From Escherichia coli O157 typing phage 13: a stretch of DNA of 64,000 nt. The notes beneath the pieces are model-generated. The model saw only the letters and a list, made by a program, of their open reading frames with translations. It was not told the origin of the DNA and made no database searches. Every line of letters starts with the position of its first letter. The stretch's first letter is position 1. This document shows, in pieces, positions 52,403-63,434 of the stretch. The translations under genes were made by a program, and so were the position numbers. Location: sequence record KP869111; one strand, 5' to 3'.

Positions 52403-53811
52403 ATGCAATTGAATTCTCGTAATCTAAAAAGTATTATTGATAACGAAGCCTTAGCATATGCGATGTACACCGTTGAAAACCGTGCAATCCCAAACATGAT
52501 TGATGGATTTAAGCCGGTTCAACGTTTTGTGGTCCATCGTGCGTTAGATTTGGCTCGTGGTAATAAAGAAAAATTTCATAAACTTGCGTCAATTGCAGGC
52601 GGTGTTGCAGATTTAGGTTATCACCATGGTGAATCTTCTGCACAAGATGCAGGTGCATTGATGGCTAACACATGGAACAACAACTATCCACTGTTAGATG
52701 GCCAAGGCAACTTTGGTTCTAGAACAGTCCANNNNNNNNNNNNNNNNNNNNNNNNNNNNNNNNNNNNNNNNNNNNNNNNNNNNNNNNNNNNNNNNNNNNN
52801 NNNNNNNNNNNNNNNAAAGCTGCAGCATCTCGTTATATTTTTGCTCGTGTAAGTAAAAATTTCTATAACGTATATAAAGATACTGAATATGCTCCAGCTC
52901 ATGAAGATAAAGAACACGTTCCACCAAAATTCTATCTTCCTATTATTCCGACAGTTCTTTTGAATGGTGTATCTGGTATTGCAACCGGTTACGCAACAAA
53001 TATTCTGCCTCATAGTTTTAAATCGGTAAAAAAGGCTGTATTACAAGCTCTTCAAGGTAAAAATGTCACTAAGCCAAAAGTTGAATTCCCGGAATTCCAT
53101 GGTGAAGTACATGAAGTTGATGGGCGTTATGAGATTCACGGAACATATAAGTTCACATCTCGCACTCAAATGCAGATAACTGAAATCCCATATAAATTCG
53201 ACCGTGAAACGTATGTGAGTAAGGTTCTTGACCCGTTGGAAGACAAAGGTCTAATCTCATGGGAAGATGATTGTGGTGAACACGGCTTTGGGTTTAAGGT
53301 GAAGTTCCGTAAAGAGTACTCGCTTCCTGATGATGAAGAGCTACGTCATGAAAAAATCATGAAAGATTTTAGTCTCATCGAACGTCGTTCACAAAACATC
53401 ACAGTGATTAATGAAAAGGGTAAATTAGCAGTCTACGATAACGTAGTGGACTTAATCAAAGATTTTGTTGAAGTCCGTAAGACTTACGTTCAGAAACGTA
53501 TTGACAACAAAATCCTTGAATCTGAAAAAGCATTTAAACTGGCTTTTGCTAAGGCACACTTCATCAAAAAAGTTATCAACGGTGAAATCGTGATTCAGGG
53601 CAAGACTCGTAAAGCTTTGACTGAAGAGCTAGCACAAATCGAAATGTATAAAGAACATGTCGATAAACTGGTAGGTCTTAACATCTTCCATATCACTTCC
53701 GATGAAGCACGTAAACTAGCAGAAGAAGCTAAAGCTAAGAAAGAAGAAAATGAGTATTGGAAGTCTACTGATGTTGTGACAGAGTACACTAAAGACTTGG
53801 AGGCACTTTGA
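52403..53811 (+). CDS. 52: DNA topoisomerase II medium subunit gp52 (interrupted by N-run)
   Basis: IPNMIDGFKPVQRFV GyrA-type motif; both flanks of the N-run match T4 gp52; frame differs across the N-run. Confidence 0.9.
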
Positions 53812-53887
53812 GTGCTATAGCCTTAGGATTTCTCGGTGCAATAGCTGTACTAGTGATTTGGCTGTATTGGTTGGACAAACATGATTA

Positions 53888-53903
53888 GGGAGCTTCGGCT
53901 CCC
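53888..53903 (+). terminator. hairpin GGGAGCTTCGGCTCCC plus T-run
   Basis: UUCG tetraloop hairpin downstream of gene 52. Confidence 0.6.
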
Positions 53904-53918
53904 TTTTGTGCATTTTTC

Positions 53919-53950
53919 TCACAAAACAGTTTACATGCGCTTCAATCATG
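53919..53950 (+). promoter_or_regulatory. early-type promoter (GTTTAC box) for motA
   Basis: GTTTACA, spacer, TATTATAG. Confidence 0.5.
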
Positions 53951-53996
53951 ATATTATAGACCTATCAAAACAAAACAACCAAATTGGAGAAATAAA

Positions 53997-54629
53997 ATGT
54001 CTAAAGTTACTTACATCATCAAAGCTTCTGAAAACGCTCTGAATGAAAAAACTGCTGCAATAATGGTTTATATCATTAAGAACAACTTCACCACTGCTGC
54101 CAATGTCCGTGAAGCTCTGGAAGCAGAATACAATGCATCAGTTGTTAACTCTAACATTGGTGTATTGATTAAGAAAGGTTTAGTCGAAAAATCTGGTGAT
54201 GGACTTGTGGCAACCGGCGAAGCAATGGATATTATCCAAAAAGCTGCAGACCTATTTGCTCAAGAAAATGCTCCAGAACTTCTTCAGAAACGTAACACCA
54301 GAAAAGCACGTGGAGTTACTCCTGAAATGCATGAATTAGCAAACTTTGTTTTTGAAAATATTAAAGATAAAGTTGAAGTTAAAGAAATTGGTGAAAACCG
54401 TAGTAACTTAGAAGTTCGATTTGCAAAACGAGTTCTAGGCATTCGCCAAATTGAAATTCGACGAGATGGCGCTCTTAGAATCTTTGCATACAACATGTCA
54501 GAAACTGAATCAAAGCTGTTTACTTCTCTTGAAAATGATGTTAAGATTAAGATCGGTGGTAAATATACTTACATTGACTTCCCTAATGTGTCCAAAGAAA
54601 TCATTACCCTTGTAACTAACGTACTGTGA
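53997..54629 (+). CDS. motA: middle-transcription activator MotA
   Basis: 210 aa; MSKVTYIIKAS...NSNIGVLIKKGLVEKSGDGL matches T4 MotA. Confidence 0.9.
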   Translation: MSKVTYIIKASENALNEKTAAIMVYIIKNNFTTAANVREALEAEYNASVVNSNIGVLIKKGLVEKSGDGLVATGEAMDIIQKAADLFAQENAPELLQKRNTRKARGVTPEMHELANFVFENIKDKVEVKEIGENRSNLEVRFAKRVLGIRQIEIRRDGALRIFAYNMSETESKLFTSLENDVKIKIGGKYTYIDFPNVSKEIITLVTNVL

Positions 54630-54639
54630 GGAATACGTA

Positions 54640-54969
54640 ATGAATAAGCTGAATATTATTAACGAACTTCGTAAATGTGCAGAACCTACTCAGGAAGGAT
54701 GGGATATTTGGTACCACGGTGCTTATTTAGGGACAATTGTAAAGATTAAAGCAGGCCAATATACGGTTATTCGTGAAAATAATGACGCGCCATTTGGTCT
54801 TCGTAAAAACTACATGGCAGCGATCAGTTCGTTTGTTGATGCAGCTTACGAAATCTATAAAGAAGATTATAAAGAGTATCAGCAGTCACAACCGGTTATT
54901 CGTTCGATTGGTGTAAATAAACAAGCACAAAAATCTATTTGGCAACGTATTAAGGAATGGTTTAAATGA
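54640..54969 (+). CDS. hypothetical early protein, 109 aa
   Basis: ORF in the motA-asiA interval. Confidence 0.45.
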   Translation: MNKLNIINELRKCAEPTQEGWDIWYHGAYLGTIVKIKAGQYTVIRENNDAPFGLRKNYMAAISSFVDAAYEIYKEDYKEYQQSQPVIRSIGVNKQAQKSIWQRIKEWFK

Positions 54970-55427
54970 AATCATTTAAAGAACGTTTAGAGCTATTAGA
55001 TTTGGCCTTGTCTCGTGAGACTCCTGAAAGTCTAGCAGAAAAATTCCAGTCCTACGGTTATAATTATTCTGCTGATGATATAATGAATGAAGTTCCTGAA
55101 ATCTGTTGGCAAACGTGCTATTGGAACAATGACCAAAAAGTTCAACGTGTTATAGTATGTGCAGCTAATAGGTTTAAATTGAAGAGCGGTGGAACTCTGG
55201 TTATTCCTGGAGTTCGTCATTACTCTAAAGATATGGCTGAAGTACTTGATATAGTTGGTCCTCAATTAGTCTCGCAACAAGTTTGTGGCGATGACCAAGG
55301 CTTTATCGACCAATACTCTAATTACTGGACTCGTGAAGAAGCAATGATTATTGCAACATATGCTGGACAGGTACGTATTGAACGTGGCGGAAGTGAGAAA
55401 GAACTTTATTCAGAGGACCTTTATTAA
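54966..55427 (+). CDS. hypothetical early protein, 153 aa
   Basis: ORF overlapping neighbours by 4 nt and 1 nt. Confidence 0.5.
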   Translation: MKSFKERLELLDLALSRETPESLAEKFQSYGYNYSADDIMNEVPEICWQTCYWNNDQKVQRVIVCAANRFKLKSGGTLVIPGVRHYSKDMAEVLDIVGPQLVSQQVCGDDQGFIDQYSNYWTREEAMIIATYAGQVRIERGGSEKELYSEDLY

Positions 55428-55708
55428 TGAATATTAAACAACTCCAGAAAGATGCTATTGAATCACGTATCCAAGATATCAAACGTCTTAATCATATGAT
55501 GGAAGAAAACTATGGTATGTATGCTAATCAGCCTGGTTGGGATGCTTTAGACCATCCTTATTTGGTTAATTTATGTAAAGGTGATACGTTAGCAATTATT
55601 CGTGATGGGTTAAAACCTTTCTTGCGTGACATGTATATTAAAATGAACGAAGAAATTATTAGCTCGTTGCAATATCAATTAAGGAAATTAGATGATGAGA
55701 ATAATTGA
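55427..55708 (+). CDS. hypothetical early protein, 93 aa
   Basis: ORF in the motA-asiA interval. Confidence 0.45.
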   Translation: MNIKQLQKDAIESRIQDIKRLNHMMEENYGMYANQPGWDALDHPYLVNLCKGDTLAIIRDGLKPFLRDMYIKMNEEIISSLQYQLRKLDDENN

Positions 55709-55910
55709 TTCTAAAGCGGATTATTTTAATTCTGTTAATGATAAGAATAAAGCTTTAATTCGCCACTTTATTACTGAGATGGGATATACCGACTCTAAAG
55801 ATTTGAAAGAGCACATTATCGAATGTTCTGTGGCTAAAAAGTTTTCTTTCACAGACAAATGTTTAAACGAGGTTATAAATCATTATGAACAATCTTGTAG
55901 CAAAACATGA
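55692..55910 (+). CDS. hypothetical early protein, 72 aa
   Basis: ORF in the motA-asiA interval. Confidence 0.4.
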   Translation: MMRIIDSKADYFNSVNDKNKALIRHFITEMGYTDSKDLKEHIIECSVAKKFSFTDKCLNEVINHYEQSCSKT

Positions 55911-55993
55911 TTTCAATAAGGCTTCTGTCCATAAGGACAAGAAGAAATCAGAACTTCAATCTAAACGCAAACAAAAACATAAGGGTAAAGACT

Positions 55994-56293
55994 ATGCTTA
56001 CTAAAATCAAAGAAAATCCTGCCACTGAACTTGTTATTCGATGTGAAGAACTTGCAGAGCTTTATCAGGTTAACCGAGAAGTGTGTCGTAGTGTTATCGT
56101 AGATATGGCAGACGAAGTATGTTCTCGTATTCCTTTTAGTGTCGATTTCAATCACATGAAGCCTGGTGAAATCACTATCGTCTTTGGTTCTGACTATACT
56201 GAAGAACGGGCTCTTAATGTCCTAGAATATGAAATGTCATTCTTCGACATACAGGACTACATTGATAGTTATAAGGAACAATATGAGTCATAA
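55994..56293 (+). CDS. hypothetical acidic early protein, 99 aa (Arn-like by position only)
   Basis: start set at internal ATG with upstream AAGGG Shine-Dalgarno; acidic composition. Confidence 0.4.
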   Translation: MLTKIKENPATELVIRCEELAELYQVNREVCRSVIVDMADEVCSRIPFSVDFNHMKPGEITIVFGSDYTEERALNVLEYEMSFFDIQDYIDSYKEQYES

Positions 56294-56444
56294 TCTTCAG
56301 AACGTAGTAGAGGCCGAACGTGAGCGTGAGGCTTTAGTCTATAATGAACTATTAGTTCCATTCTTGGCCTTACACTCGTATGAACAGGAAGACTACATTG
56401 ATTACGTTAAAAGCGTAGAAAAAGCCGTTTACAATCAACACTGA
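56283..56444 (+). CDS. hypothetical small protein, 53 aa
   Basis: ATG overlaps the previous stop; below size cutoff. Confidence 0.3.
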   Translation: MSHNLQNVVEAEREREALVYNELLVPFLALHSYEQEDYIDYVKSVEKAVYNQH

Positions 56445-56490
56445 TAATGGTACTATATCCATATCAACTAAGTGGAATGAATAAAACGTT

Positions 56491-56763
56491 ATGAATAAAG
56501 ACATTGAAATCGTACGTGAAATTATTACTATTGCTTCTATTTTGATTAAATTCTCTAGGGAAGATATTGTTGAAGACCGAGCAAGTTTCATCGGATTCTT
56601 GAATGAGATTGGAATTAAAAAAGATGGTCGGCAGCTAAATCAGAATTCGTTCAGAAAACTAATTACAAATTTAACTGCCGAAGAAAAGAAAACACTGATT
56701 AGTGAATTCAATGAAGGTTTTGAAAATATTTATCGTCATTTAGCGATGTATTCTAACAACTAA
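56491..56763 (+). CDS. asiA: anti-sigma-70 factor AsiA
   Basis: 90 aa; MNKDIEIVREIITIASILIKFSREDIVE... matches T4 AsiA. Confidence 0.9.
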   Translation: MNKDIEIVREIITIASILIKFSREDIVEDRASFIGFLNEIGIKKDGRQLNQNSFRKLITNLTAEEKKTLISEFNEGFENIYRHLAMYSNN

Positions 56764-57423
56764 TTATTTAGCCCTTCCTAGTATTCGGATCGCTTGGTTG
56801 CATATAGCCGCTAAGCGATCTTCCTCAAGTATATTACTCCCCTTATACCAATACATCGTCACAGTTCCAGCATAGATGTTATCCAAATTAAAGTATGGAC
56901 AACTATACATATAAGAAAGTTCGGCAGTCTTAGATTTTGTAGGCAAAAATGCAAATTCTGATTTAGATGAGAAATGACGGCCACTTAAATGAATTATATA
57001 TTCATTGGCCGTTTTATCCACTGGGAATCCGCCAAGGGACTTTTCAGAAATTGTGCTAGGTAGTTTGCCTTCATAAGCTATAAGGTCGACAAAATAATTT
57101 AAGTTTTTAGGTCTGAAAGAATACACAGCACTAAAATCTGCACCAGATGAGATATGAACTATTTGCAGTTGTTCTAGAGCCGCAGATTCAAAACGTAAAG
57201 CTCGTTCTTTTTGGATTATTTCAGTATAAGTATCATACTTAGCTCTTACATAATAATCCAGCAAAATACTTCCTTTGTACCATATTAGTGCCATTAGGAA
57301 CAAAAGAATAATTACCGCTACTCGGGACATTAAAACCTTTCCAGTAGCGTTATCTTTGAAAATACGATCTAGCAACCCAAATAGAATATCACTAGGCGAA
57401 AATGATACTTTTGGTGTTGCCAT
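56764..57423 (-). CDS. t: holin t
   Basis: 219 aa; N-terminal transmembrane segment and large periplasmic domain; matches T4 holin (218 aa). Confidence 0.9.
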   Translation of the reverse strand: MATPKVSFSPSDILFGLLDRIFKDNATGKVLMSRVAVIILLFLMALIWYKGSILLDYYVRAKYDTYTEIIQKERALRFESAALEQLQIVHISSGADFSAVYSFRPKNLNYFVDLIAYEGKLPSTISEKSLGGFPVDKTANEYIIHLSGRHFSSKSEFAFLPTKSKTAELSYMYSCPYFNLDNIYAGTVTMYWYKGSNILEEDRLAAICNQAIRILGRAK

Positions 57424-57432
57424 AATACCTCC

Positions 57433-57984
57433 TTACTTAAAGATATTTATAATCGCTTTGATAATAGATTTGTTTTCAAGGTCAGGGAATTTAGGGAATT
57501 CGCCGCCAAGATGTTCATGTTTTTCTAAAAGGGCAAAGAATTTTTTGAGCTCTTTAAATTTTCGTTTTTCTTCTCTACTAGCAACCTCTGCGTCAATAAG
57601 AGAACTTAAAACACTGAATAATTTATAGAGTTCATGAATTTTCTTATCACGTTGAACTACGCGTTTATATGCTTCATCTTCCTTCCACCCGTCGTCGGTC
57701 CAAATGTCAAATTCACCGGGTTCTTCTGTAGTAACATTTTGAAGAGCACCTGGAGTGTCAATAACAATTTTTTGCTTATCATAAGTCCATACCGTTTTTC
57801 CACGATGGTCTTCAACATATACCCATTCTTGCTCGCGTTCGTCAAATATAACAGCATAGCCTTCTTTAGGGTCTAAAGGTTTTTTTGGTGTCGAATGAGC
57901 CGGAAATCCTACGCCTTTTAATGGTTTATAATTTTCTTCTTTGTAAAATTCTTTAGTGTCAAAATAATAGTGATAGAGTTTCAT
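57433..57984 (-). CDS. 38: gp38, tail fibre assembly chaperone (T4-type)
   Basis: start set at MKLYHYYFDTKEFYKEENYKP giving 183 aa as in T4 gp38. Confidence 0.85.
   Translation of the reverse strand: MKLYHYYFDTKEFYKEENYKPLKGVGFPAHSTPKKPLDPKEGYAVIFDEREQEWVYVEDHRGKTVWTYDKQKIVIDTPGALQNVTTEEPGEFDIWTDDGWKEDEAYKRVVQRDKKIHELYKLFSVLSSLIDAEVASREEKRKFKELKKFFALLEKHEHLGGEFPKFPDLENKSIIKAIINIFK
57444..57451 (-). promoter_or_regulatory. late promoter (TATAAATA on minus strand) for holin t
   Basis: exact reverse-complement TATAAATA 21 nt upstream of the t start codon. Confidence 0.5.
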
Positions 57985-57995
57985 ATTATAAAAAA

Positions 57996-58009
57996 GGGAC
58001 ATAAGTCCC
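57996..58009 (-). terminator. hairpin GGGACATAAGTCCC between genes 37 and 38
   Basis: stem-loop followed by a T-run on the minus transcript; sits between gene 37 stop and gene 38 start. Confidence 0.5.
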
Positions 58010-58015
58010 TTCTCC

Positions 58016-61000
58016 TTATGCTAAACGAACGATATAGTTAAAAGCAACGTTTTTAACTGTGTTTTCTGTATTTCCTGTGGCATTTACAGTTATTGTATGT
58101 CCATGGGAACCAATTGCAACAGTATGAGAATGAGCACCAATACCTACCGAATGGGTATGAGCACCAATACCCACAGTATGAGCATGGTTACCTGTGGTAC
58201 TTGTGGTTCCTGACCAAGAGTGTGTATGGTTACCTTCTGAAGAAGTTTTGGCTATATTCGACCCTGCAGTAGCACCGTTCACGGTTCCAGTGAATTTAGC
58301 GTTGGCGTTTGCACCTACACTATTATATCCGTCATAGAATATGTTATTGGGTATGCCAGCTTGTATCTGAGGACCTGAGCGCGCATGTTGGTGGTTACCT
58401 GCAGCACTTGTAGTTCCACNNNNNNNNNNNNNNNNNNNNNNNNNNNNNNNNNNNNNNNNNNNNNNNNNNNNNNNNNNNNNNNNNNNNNNNNNNNNNNNNN
58501 NNNNNNNNNNNNNNNNNNNNNNNNNNNNNNNNNNNNNNACCGTATGGTTATGGTTACCTGTGGTATTACTGGTTTTAGTACCATAATCAAAGCTTGAAGA
58601 TGTTTTAGTACCATAATCAAAGCTTGATGTGGTTTTAGTACCTAAATCAGTATTAGATGCTGAAGCACTATGGTTATGAGACTTAATACCATCAGCTTCT
58701 GTACTTAATACATCACGCCCAGATGGTTTACCTTTAATCGTCTGACCACGCATATCGGGCAGAGTGCCGGAAGGATACACCGCAGCTAACTTAGGATACA
58801 AGCCAGTATCAAATGTTTGACCTTCCATTATGGCATAACCTTCAGGAGGTGTATCAGTAGGCCAAGGAATCGGAGCACCAATAGGATAACTTGAGACAAT
58901 ATCTGTCTTAAGGTTATTTATTGTGGTATTCAAGTTAGCAAAATTACCAGAACCGCCGGTGATATTACCATCAGTACCAATACGAACATTACCAGCGCCT
59001 AATTTACCAGGAGAGTANNNNNNNNNNNNNNNNNNNNNNNNNNNNNNNNNNNNNNNNNNNNNNNNNNNNNNNNNNNNNNNNNNNNNNNNNNNNNNNNNNN
59101 NNNNATCACCGTTTTTATTAAATTCCCAACCTAAATCCTTTATAATTGCGCCAGTAGAAACGCCGTCACCACCTTCGTGATAGTGAACTCTAAAGTTACC
59201 ACCATTAATTAAAGTACCAATAGAATAGCAACTATTATTTTGAACGTATCTTTGTTTCACAATAGGAACATAAGTGCTTGTATCTGTTCTATCAATATTC
59301 ATATAGAACGGAGCACGAACGTTTTCATTATTCTGAGAAGCAAAAGAACCGGCTCCAGCAGGTCGTGCAGTATCAGTACATTCAGCGTCGATATATGCCG
59401 ATTGTCCTAATTGCATACGGTAATTAGGAGAAATGCGACTATGACTAGTTATAACAACAAGTTTATTATCATTATCAACGGTCACCATATTACCGCCAGC
59501 ACCATCATCACCTAACGTAACAGAATGGCGCATTTGAACCATACCGTTGTTAAGAGAAACACTCAATGGGCGAAGGTTAGAAATACCACCATTTTCACCT
59601 GCATCTTTAAGTGTAGGTATAATATGCAAAGACGCTTCAGAACGACGGAAAATAGCTCCATATTCAGCATTGTAAATACGGAAAGCATCTGCGGTATTGC
59701 CGATTTTAACTTGACCGGTAATAGAACCACCGCCGGATAAAACAAGCCCGTTATCCATAGTAACTTGTCCGGATAATGTACTTAATCCATTAACTCTAAG
59801 ACTTCCATCGGTGATAATGCTCCCTCTTGCATTCAGTTGTCCATTAATTTGTGTTACAACAGGTCCCACAGTTTCTGAACCGGTTGGAGCTACGCGCTGA
59901 GAATAAAAATAATATCCCTGGCCGTCAGCTACTTCAAAAACTGTTTCACGATTACGATCGCCAGATGCGTTAAATGAATTACCCCATGCTTTAACAGTTA
60001 CATAGCTTTTATTCTGACCAGCACGAGTACCGCCTTCCCACAAAATTTGCTTAGTGCCATCAATTGTAGTAGTTGGAGCGAATGTTAGCCCAGCAGTAGA
60101 ATTATTAGCTGCTAAATATATGCCGTTATATATTGAAAGCTGCTTAACAGATGTAATACCGCCATCAGCATAAAACATTACATTATTAGAGCCAGTTACT
60201 AGTTTAAGAATACCCGGGTTAATTTCCATACCTTGTTGGGTATTGATATTCATCTGACCTGTACCACGGAAATAGTGGTTCATTTTACCACCAGCATTGT
60301 ACCCGATATGGGTTTGTCCGTCTCCAGCATTGTTATTATCAGCTTGTGTTTGAACAGACAAGAGAGCAGCATTTGTACCAGGCATAATCCATGTGGTGCC
60401 TTGGTCCTCGGAACGACCAAATATACCTTTACGAGTACTACGGAAACTGTCAGGAGTAATAGAAGCAACAGAATTCCAATTACCTACTAAATCATAAACA
60501 CCCTGCTTAATGTATTTTAAACCAGTGGCAGCATCACCCAAAGCAATATATCTTTCTCCCATTGGAGTAGGAGAGCCGTAGTTATTGGTATTTTCATCAG
60601 TGGTAATTGTGCCAATAGCAAGTGAACGACGTAATACCATTGCGCCATCATTACGAAGACCCATTAATTTAGTAGTAAGTGTATTTCCGGTCCACCAAGA
60701 AATTTCATCATTCTTACCAGTTTGAGCTGAAGCGATTTCATGGTAAATAGTTCCACCTGATTTAGCTCGAACTTTACGAAGATAGTTTATACCATTTTCT
60801 TCACCTGTTCCAGGATAAACATATTGAACTAATGACTGTGAATCATATTGTCCGAATGCTTTTGTGTCTAAAACAATGGTTTTCGTATTAACTTGTGGAG
60901 CAGAAACTATACCATTAGCGGAGTTAATATTGCCTGACGCAGAAATATTACCTGCGCGGACCTCAATACTACCAGAATCTACAATAAAATTACCATTACG

Positions 61001-61498
61001 GTTAAAGACCCAGTGTTTAGAATTGTCTGGAGCTGTAGAATCAATATAATGAACTCTAAATGAGCCTTCGCTTACTAATGTACCTACTGAAAAAGTACCG
61101 TCTTTATAACGTTGCTTAATCAAAGGGTGGTATTCAGAAGTTGAAGTAGTTGAACTCAAATCTGTAAAGATAGGGGCTTTATTTGTGTGTTGGTTAGCCC
61201 AAGCGCCATTTCCAGCAGTTTTTGGCAAGAATTCAATATACTTTCCTGCATAAACAAACTGGTTTCCATTAAGATTATACGTGCCGTTTTGTAAATAATC
61301 ACCATTTTGAGTTACATTACCGTTAATATCCCCGCCCTTAGCAAAGCCTAGGCTAATAATATTACCGAGGTCATCTTTAGTAAAAAGAGTTCGATCTTTT
61401 AAGTTTATCGCTAATTCGCCTTCGGCTAATTGTGCTGCAGTAGGATTAACTCCTGCTACTTTGCTTCTTTTAAATTGTATCTGTTTTAATGTAGCCAT
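58016..61498 (-). CDS. 37: long tail fibre distal subunit gp37 (receptor-binding), contains two N-runs
   Basis: 1160 aa; C-terminal HxH repeat region ending ...[15 protein letters not shown] as in T4 gp37. Confidence 0.9.
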   Translation of the reverse strand: MATLKQIQFKRSKVAGVNPTAAQLAEGELAINLKDRTLFTKDDLGNIISLGFAKGGDINGNVTQNGDYLQNGTYNLNGNQFVYAGKYIEFLPKTAGNGAWANQHTNKAPIFTDLSSTTSTSEYHPLIKQRYKDGTFSVGTLVSEGSFRVHYIDSTAPDNSKHWVFNRNGNFIVDSGSIEVRAGNISASGNINSANGIVSAPQVNTKTIVLDTKAFGQYDSQSLVQYVYPGTGEENGINYLRKVRAKSGGTIYHEIASAQTGKNDEISWWTGNTLTTKLMGLRNDGAMVLRRSLAIGTITTDENTNNYGSPTPMGERYIALGDAATGLKYIKQGVYDLVGNWNSVASITPDSFRSTRKGIFGRSEDQGTTWIMPGTNAALLSVQTQADNNNAGDGQTHIGYNAGGKMNHYFRGTGQMNINTQQGMEINPGILKLVTGSNNVMFYADGGITSVKQLSIYNGIYLAANNSTAGLTFAPTTTIDGTKQILWEGGTRAGQNKSYVTVKAWGNSFNASGDRNRETVFEVADGQGYYFYSQRVAPTGSETVGPVVTQINGQLNARGSIITDGSLRVNGLSTLSGQVTMDNGLVLSGGGSITGQVKIGNTADAFRIYNAEYGAIFRRSEASLHIIPTLKDAGENGGISNLRPLSVSLNNGMVQMRHSVTLGDDGAGGNMVTVDNDNKLVVITSHSRISPNYRMQLGQSAYIDAECTDTARPAGAGSFASQNNENVRAPFYMNIDRTDTSTYVPIVKQRYVQNNSCYSIGTLINGGNFRVHYHEGGDGVSTGAIIKDLGWEFNKNGDXXXXXXXXXXXXXXXXXXXXXXXXXXXXXYSPGKLGAGNVRIGTDGNITGGSGNFANLNTTINNLKTDIVSSYPIGAPIPWPTDTPPEGYAIMEGQTFDTGLYPKLAAVYPSGTLPDMRGQTIKGKPSGRDVLSTEADGIKSHNHSASASNTDLGTKTTSSFDYGTKTSSSFDYGTKTSNTTGNHNHTXXXXXXXXXXXXXXXXXXXXXXXXXXXXXXXXXXXXXXXXXGTTSAAGNHQHARSGPQIQAGIPNNIFYDGYNSVGANANAKFTGTVNGATAGSNIAKTSSEGNHTHSWSGTTSTTGNHAHTVGIGAHTHSVGIGAHSHTVAIGSHGHTITVNATGNTENTVKNVAFNYIVRLA

Positions 61499-61506
61499 AA
61501 GTCCTC

Positions 61507-62172
61507 TTAATAATAGCCGAAATCTTGAACAGAATCTTTAATTACAATCTGGTCGAAACGAGGAACATGATTAGCCTCAGACGCCGGATTCTGTGAGAAA
61601 AAGTTTGGTGCTGTTAAAGTACCAGTCATGGTATCGCCTTTACGCAATACACGGGAATTTGCGTTATCCGTAACAATATTTATTCGTCCATCAACATAAT
61701 CTTTTCTAGTAAGGTCATTCGCTGCTATAGGAGCAGCCGCATCACTTCTTACTTGACCAGCTGCCGACACAACGCCTTTTGTATTAATATCACCATTACG
61801 TGTATTAATTACTACAGTTCTACCCGCTGTTCCTTGTGATGATTTAAAACCAATACCATACCACGAAACAATATCAATATTTGCTGTAACAAAAGTAGCT
61901 GCATCTCCATTACCAGGATAAATACCAGATTGATTTGTATTGTTTATAGCATATGGTATTTGAACACCGCCGTTAAATGTTACCTTTGATGCATAAGTAC
62001 CACCATTTGCTTTAGAAACGAAATCATTATCAGCAGCTTGTGGCTTATTATATTCTGAATAGAGTTTAAACGTTTTATACAGGACGTCATCACCTGCTGG
62101 CATTAAAGGGAAATTACCTTGATGCCATATAACGGCACCGCCAGTTGTACTACCAGCTTTTAAATCGGCCAT
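61507..62172 (-). CDS. 36: long tail fibre distal connector gp36
   Basis: 221 aa as in T4 gp36. Confidence 0.85.
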   Translation of the reverse strand: MADLKAGSTTGGAVIWHQGNFPLMPAGDDVLYKTFKLYSEYNKPQAADNDFVSKANGGTYASKVTFNGGVQIPYAINNTNQSGIYPGNGDAATFVTANIDIVSWYGIGFKSSQGTAGRTVVINTRNGDINTKGVVSAAGQVRSDAAAPIAANDLTRKDYVDGRINIVTDNANSRVLRKGDTMTGTLTAPNFFSQNPASEANHVPRFDQIVIKDSVQDFGYY

Positions 62173-62196
62173 AGTTGTCTCCTTATATGTATACCA

Positions 62197-62204
62197 TATT
62201 TATA
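62197..62204 (-). promoter_or_regulatory. late promoter (TATAAATA on minus strand) for gene 36
   Basis: exact reverse-complement TATAAATA between the terminator hairpin and the gene 36 start. Confidence 0.45.
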
Positions 62205-62211
62205 CAAAAAT

Positions 62212-62229
62212 GGGAGACCGAAGTCTCCC
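62212..62229 (-). terminator. hairpin GGGAGACCGAAGTCTCCC after gene 35
   Basis: identical 18-mer to 26450 and 41434. Confidence 0.6.
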
Positions 62230-62234
62230 TAAAT

Positions 62235-63426
62235 TTATTCTGGTGCTTCTTTAAATTCTTGACCAAATACCTTACCAGTATCAGTTGAAGATTGAGTAGG
62301 TAATGTCATTATGTCTGGAGCACTTAAAGATTCTGAAACATAATTTACACGAATACCATTCGTACCAAACTCAGCAGGTTTTGAAACGCTTCCATTACAT
62401 GATACTTCAGTGAATATAACGTTTCTTAATCCACCTTGCCCGACTGGAGCTGTACGATAACAATAAATCGTGAACCCGTCAGCACCAGCAGGAATTTCTA
62501 CGTAGTCTTCATATATCTTCCATTCACCTGCAGCCCCATCAAAGTTTATATCCTTAAATGAAATAGGTGAAGTAGAAGGAGATTTAAAGAAACGAATAGA
62601 AAGTCGTGTCGTCCCTTGTGCTAACAAATCGGCATCGGCCATTAGTTGGAATTTCATATAAAGGAAATCTCCAGGCTTCAATTTATACCCAGCGAGAGGT
62701 GTAATAACAGATGCTGTAGGCATCCTTTTAATTTCGTTATTAGTACCTCCAATGGCAGATAAAAATGTGTCTGACGATTCATACGTACGTCTAGGGAAGC
62801 CGGTAGCACCAATATCATCGATCGTGTCGTACACAACATCAAGTGGTGTACTATAGTCGGTTGAAGTTTTCTTATTACTATACTTAATATGTTCTAGTGC
62901 TATAGCATTCTTACCAGAAATATAAAATGCAGAATAAGAAATGTCCACTATATTTAAAACTTGTTGAGCTAATGGAATAGCAGAACTCCCAGCTTTAGTA
63001 AACCATGCAAGAACTTCTGGTGGAAAGTTTGTTTTAGCGTTAGTAACAAGAGCAAATATAAAATTTGAAGCATATGTGTCCATGAAAGTAACAAATGCAC
63101 TTGACGTGGCGTCGTTTTCAGTAGAGAAATTATATGTCTTAGATTCAACTACTGCACCTGTTGTAGGATTTATTACACGAACGTTTAATCCAACGGAAAA
63201 AACCTGGGACCCAAGTGGATTATCCTGGAACTTAATATAAGCAGGAGATGTTGATNNNNNNNNNNNNNNNNNNNNNNNNNNNNNNNNNNNNNNNNNNNNN
63301 NNNNNNNNNNNNNNNNNNNNNNGGGCAAGAGCCCGCTATGCTTAATTTAAATCGTACTGAATTGCTTTCCGATAAAAATGGCGTTTGGACGTATCCTTGT
63401 CCAAACTTAGCCATAAATTTTTCCAT
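62235..63426 (-). CDS. 35: long tail fibre hinge connector gp35 (interrupted by N-run)
   Basis: N-terminus MEKFMA... and C-terminal part both match T4 gp35; frame offset across the N-run. Confidence 0.85.
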
Positions 63427-63434
63427 AATACCTC

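Noticed and set aside
52403-53811. Apparent frameshift in gene 52 (and likewise in gene 35 at 63256-63322)
   Set aside because: The frame change coincides exactly with N-runs and both flanks encode canonical protein sequence; N-run lengths are evidently approximate, so this is not evidence of a pseudogene.
57996-58009. Hairpin sequestering an ATG as a possible translational control of gene 38
   Set aside because: Homology to T4 gp38 places the real start at the second Met (57984), so the hairpin is intergenic and better explained as a terminator after gene 37.
58016-61498. His-rich HxH repeats in gp37 as a possible affinity tag or engineering scar
   Set aside because: The pattern is the native metal-binding motif of T-even gp37 tips and ends with the canonical C-terminus.
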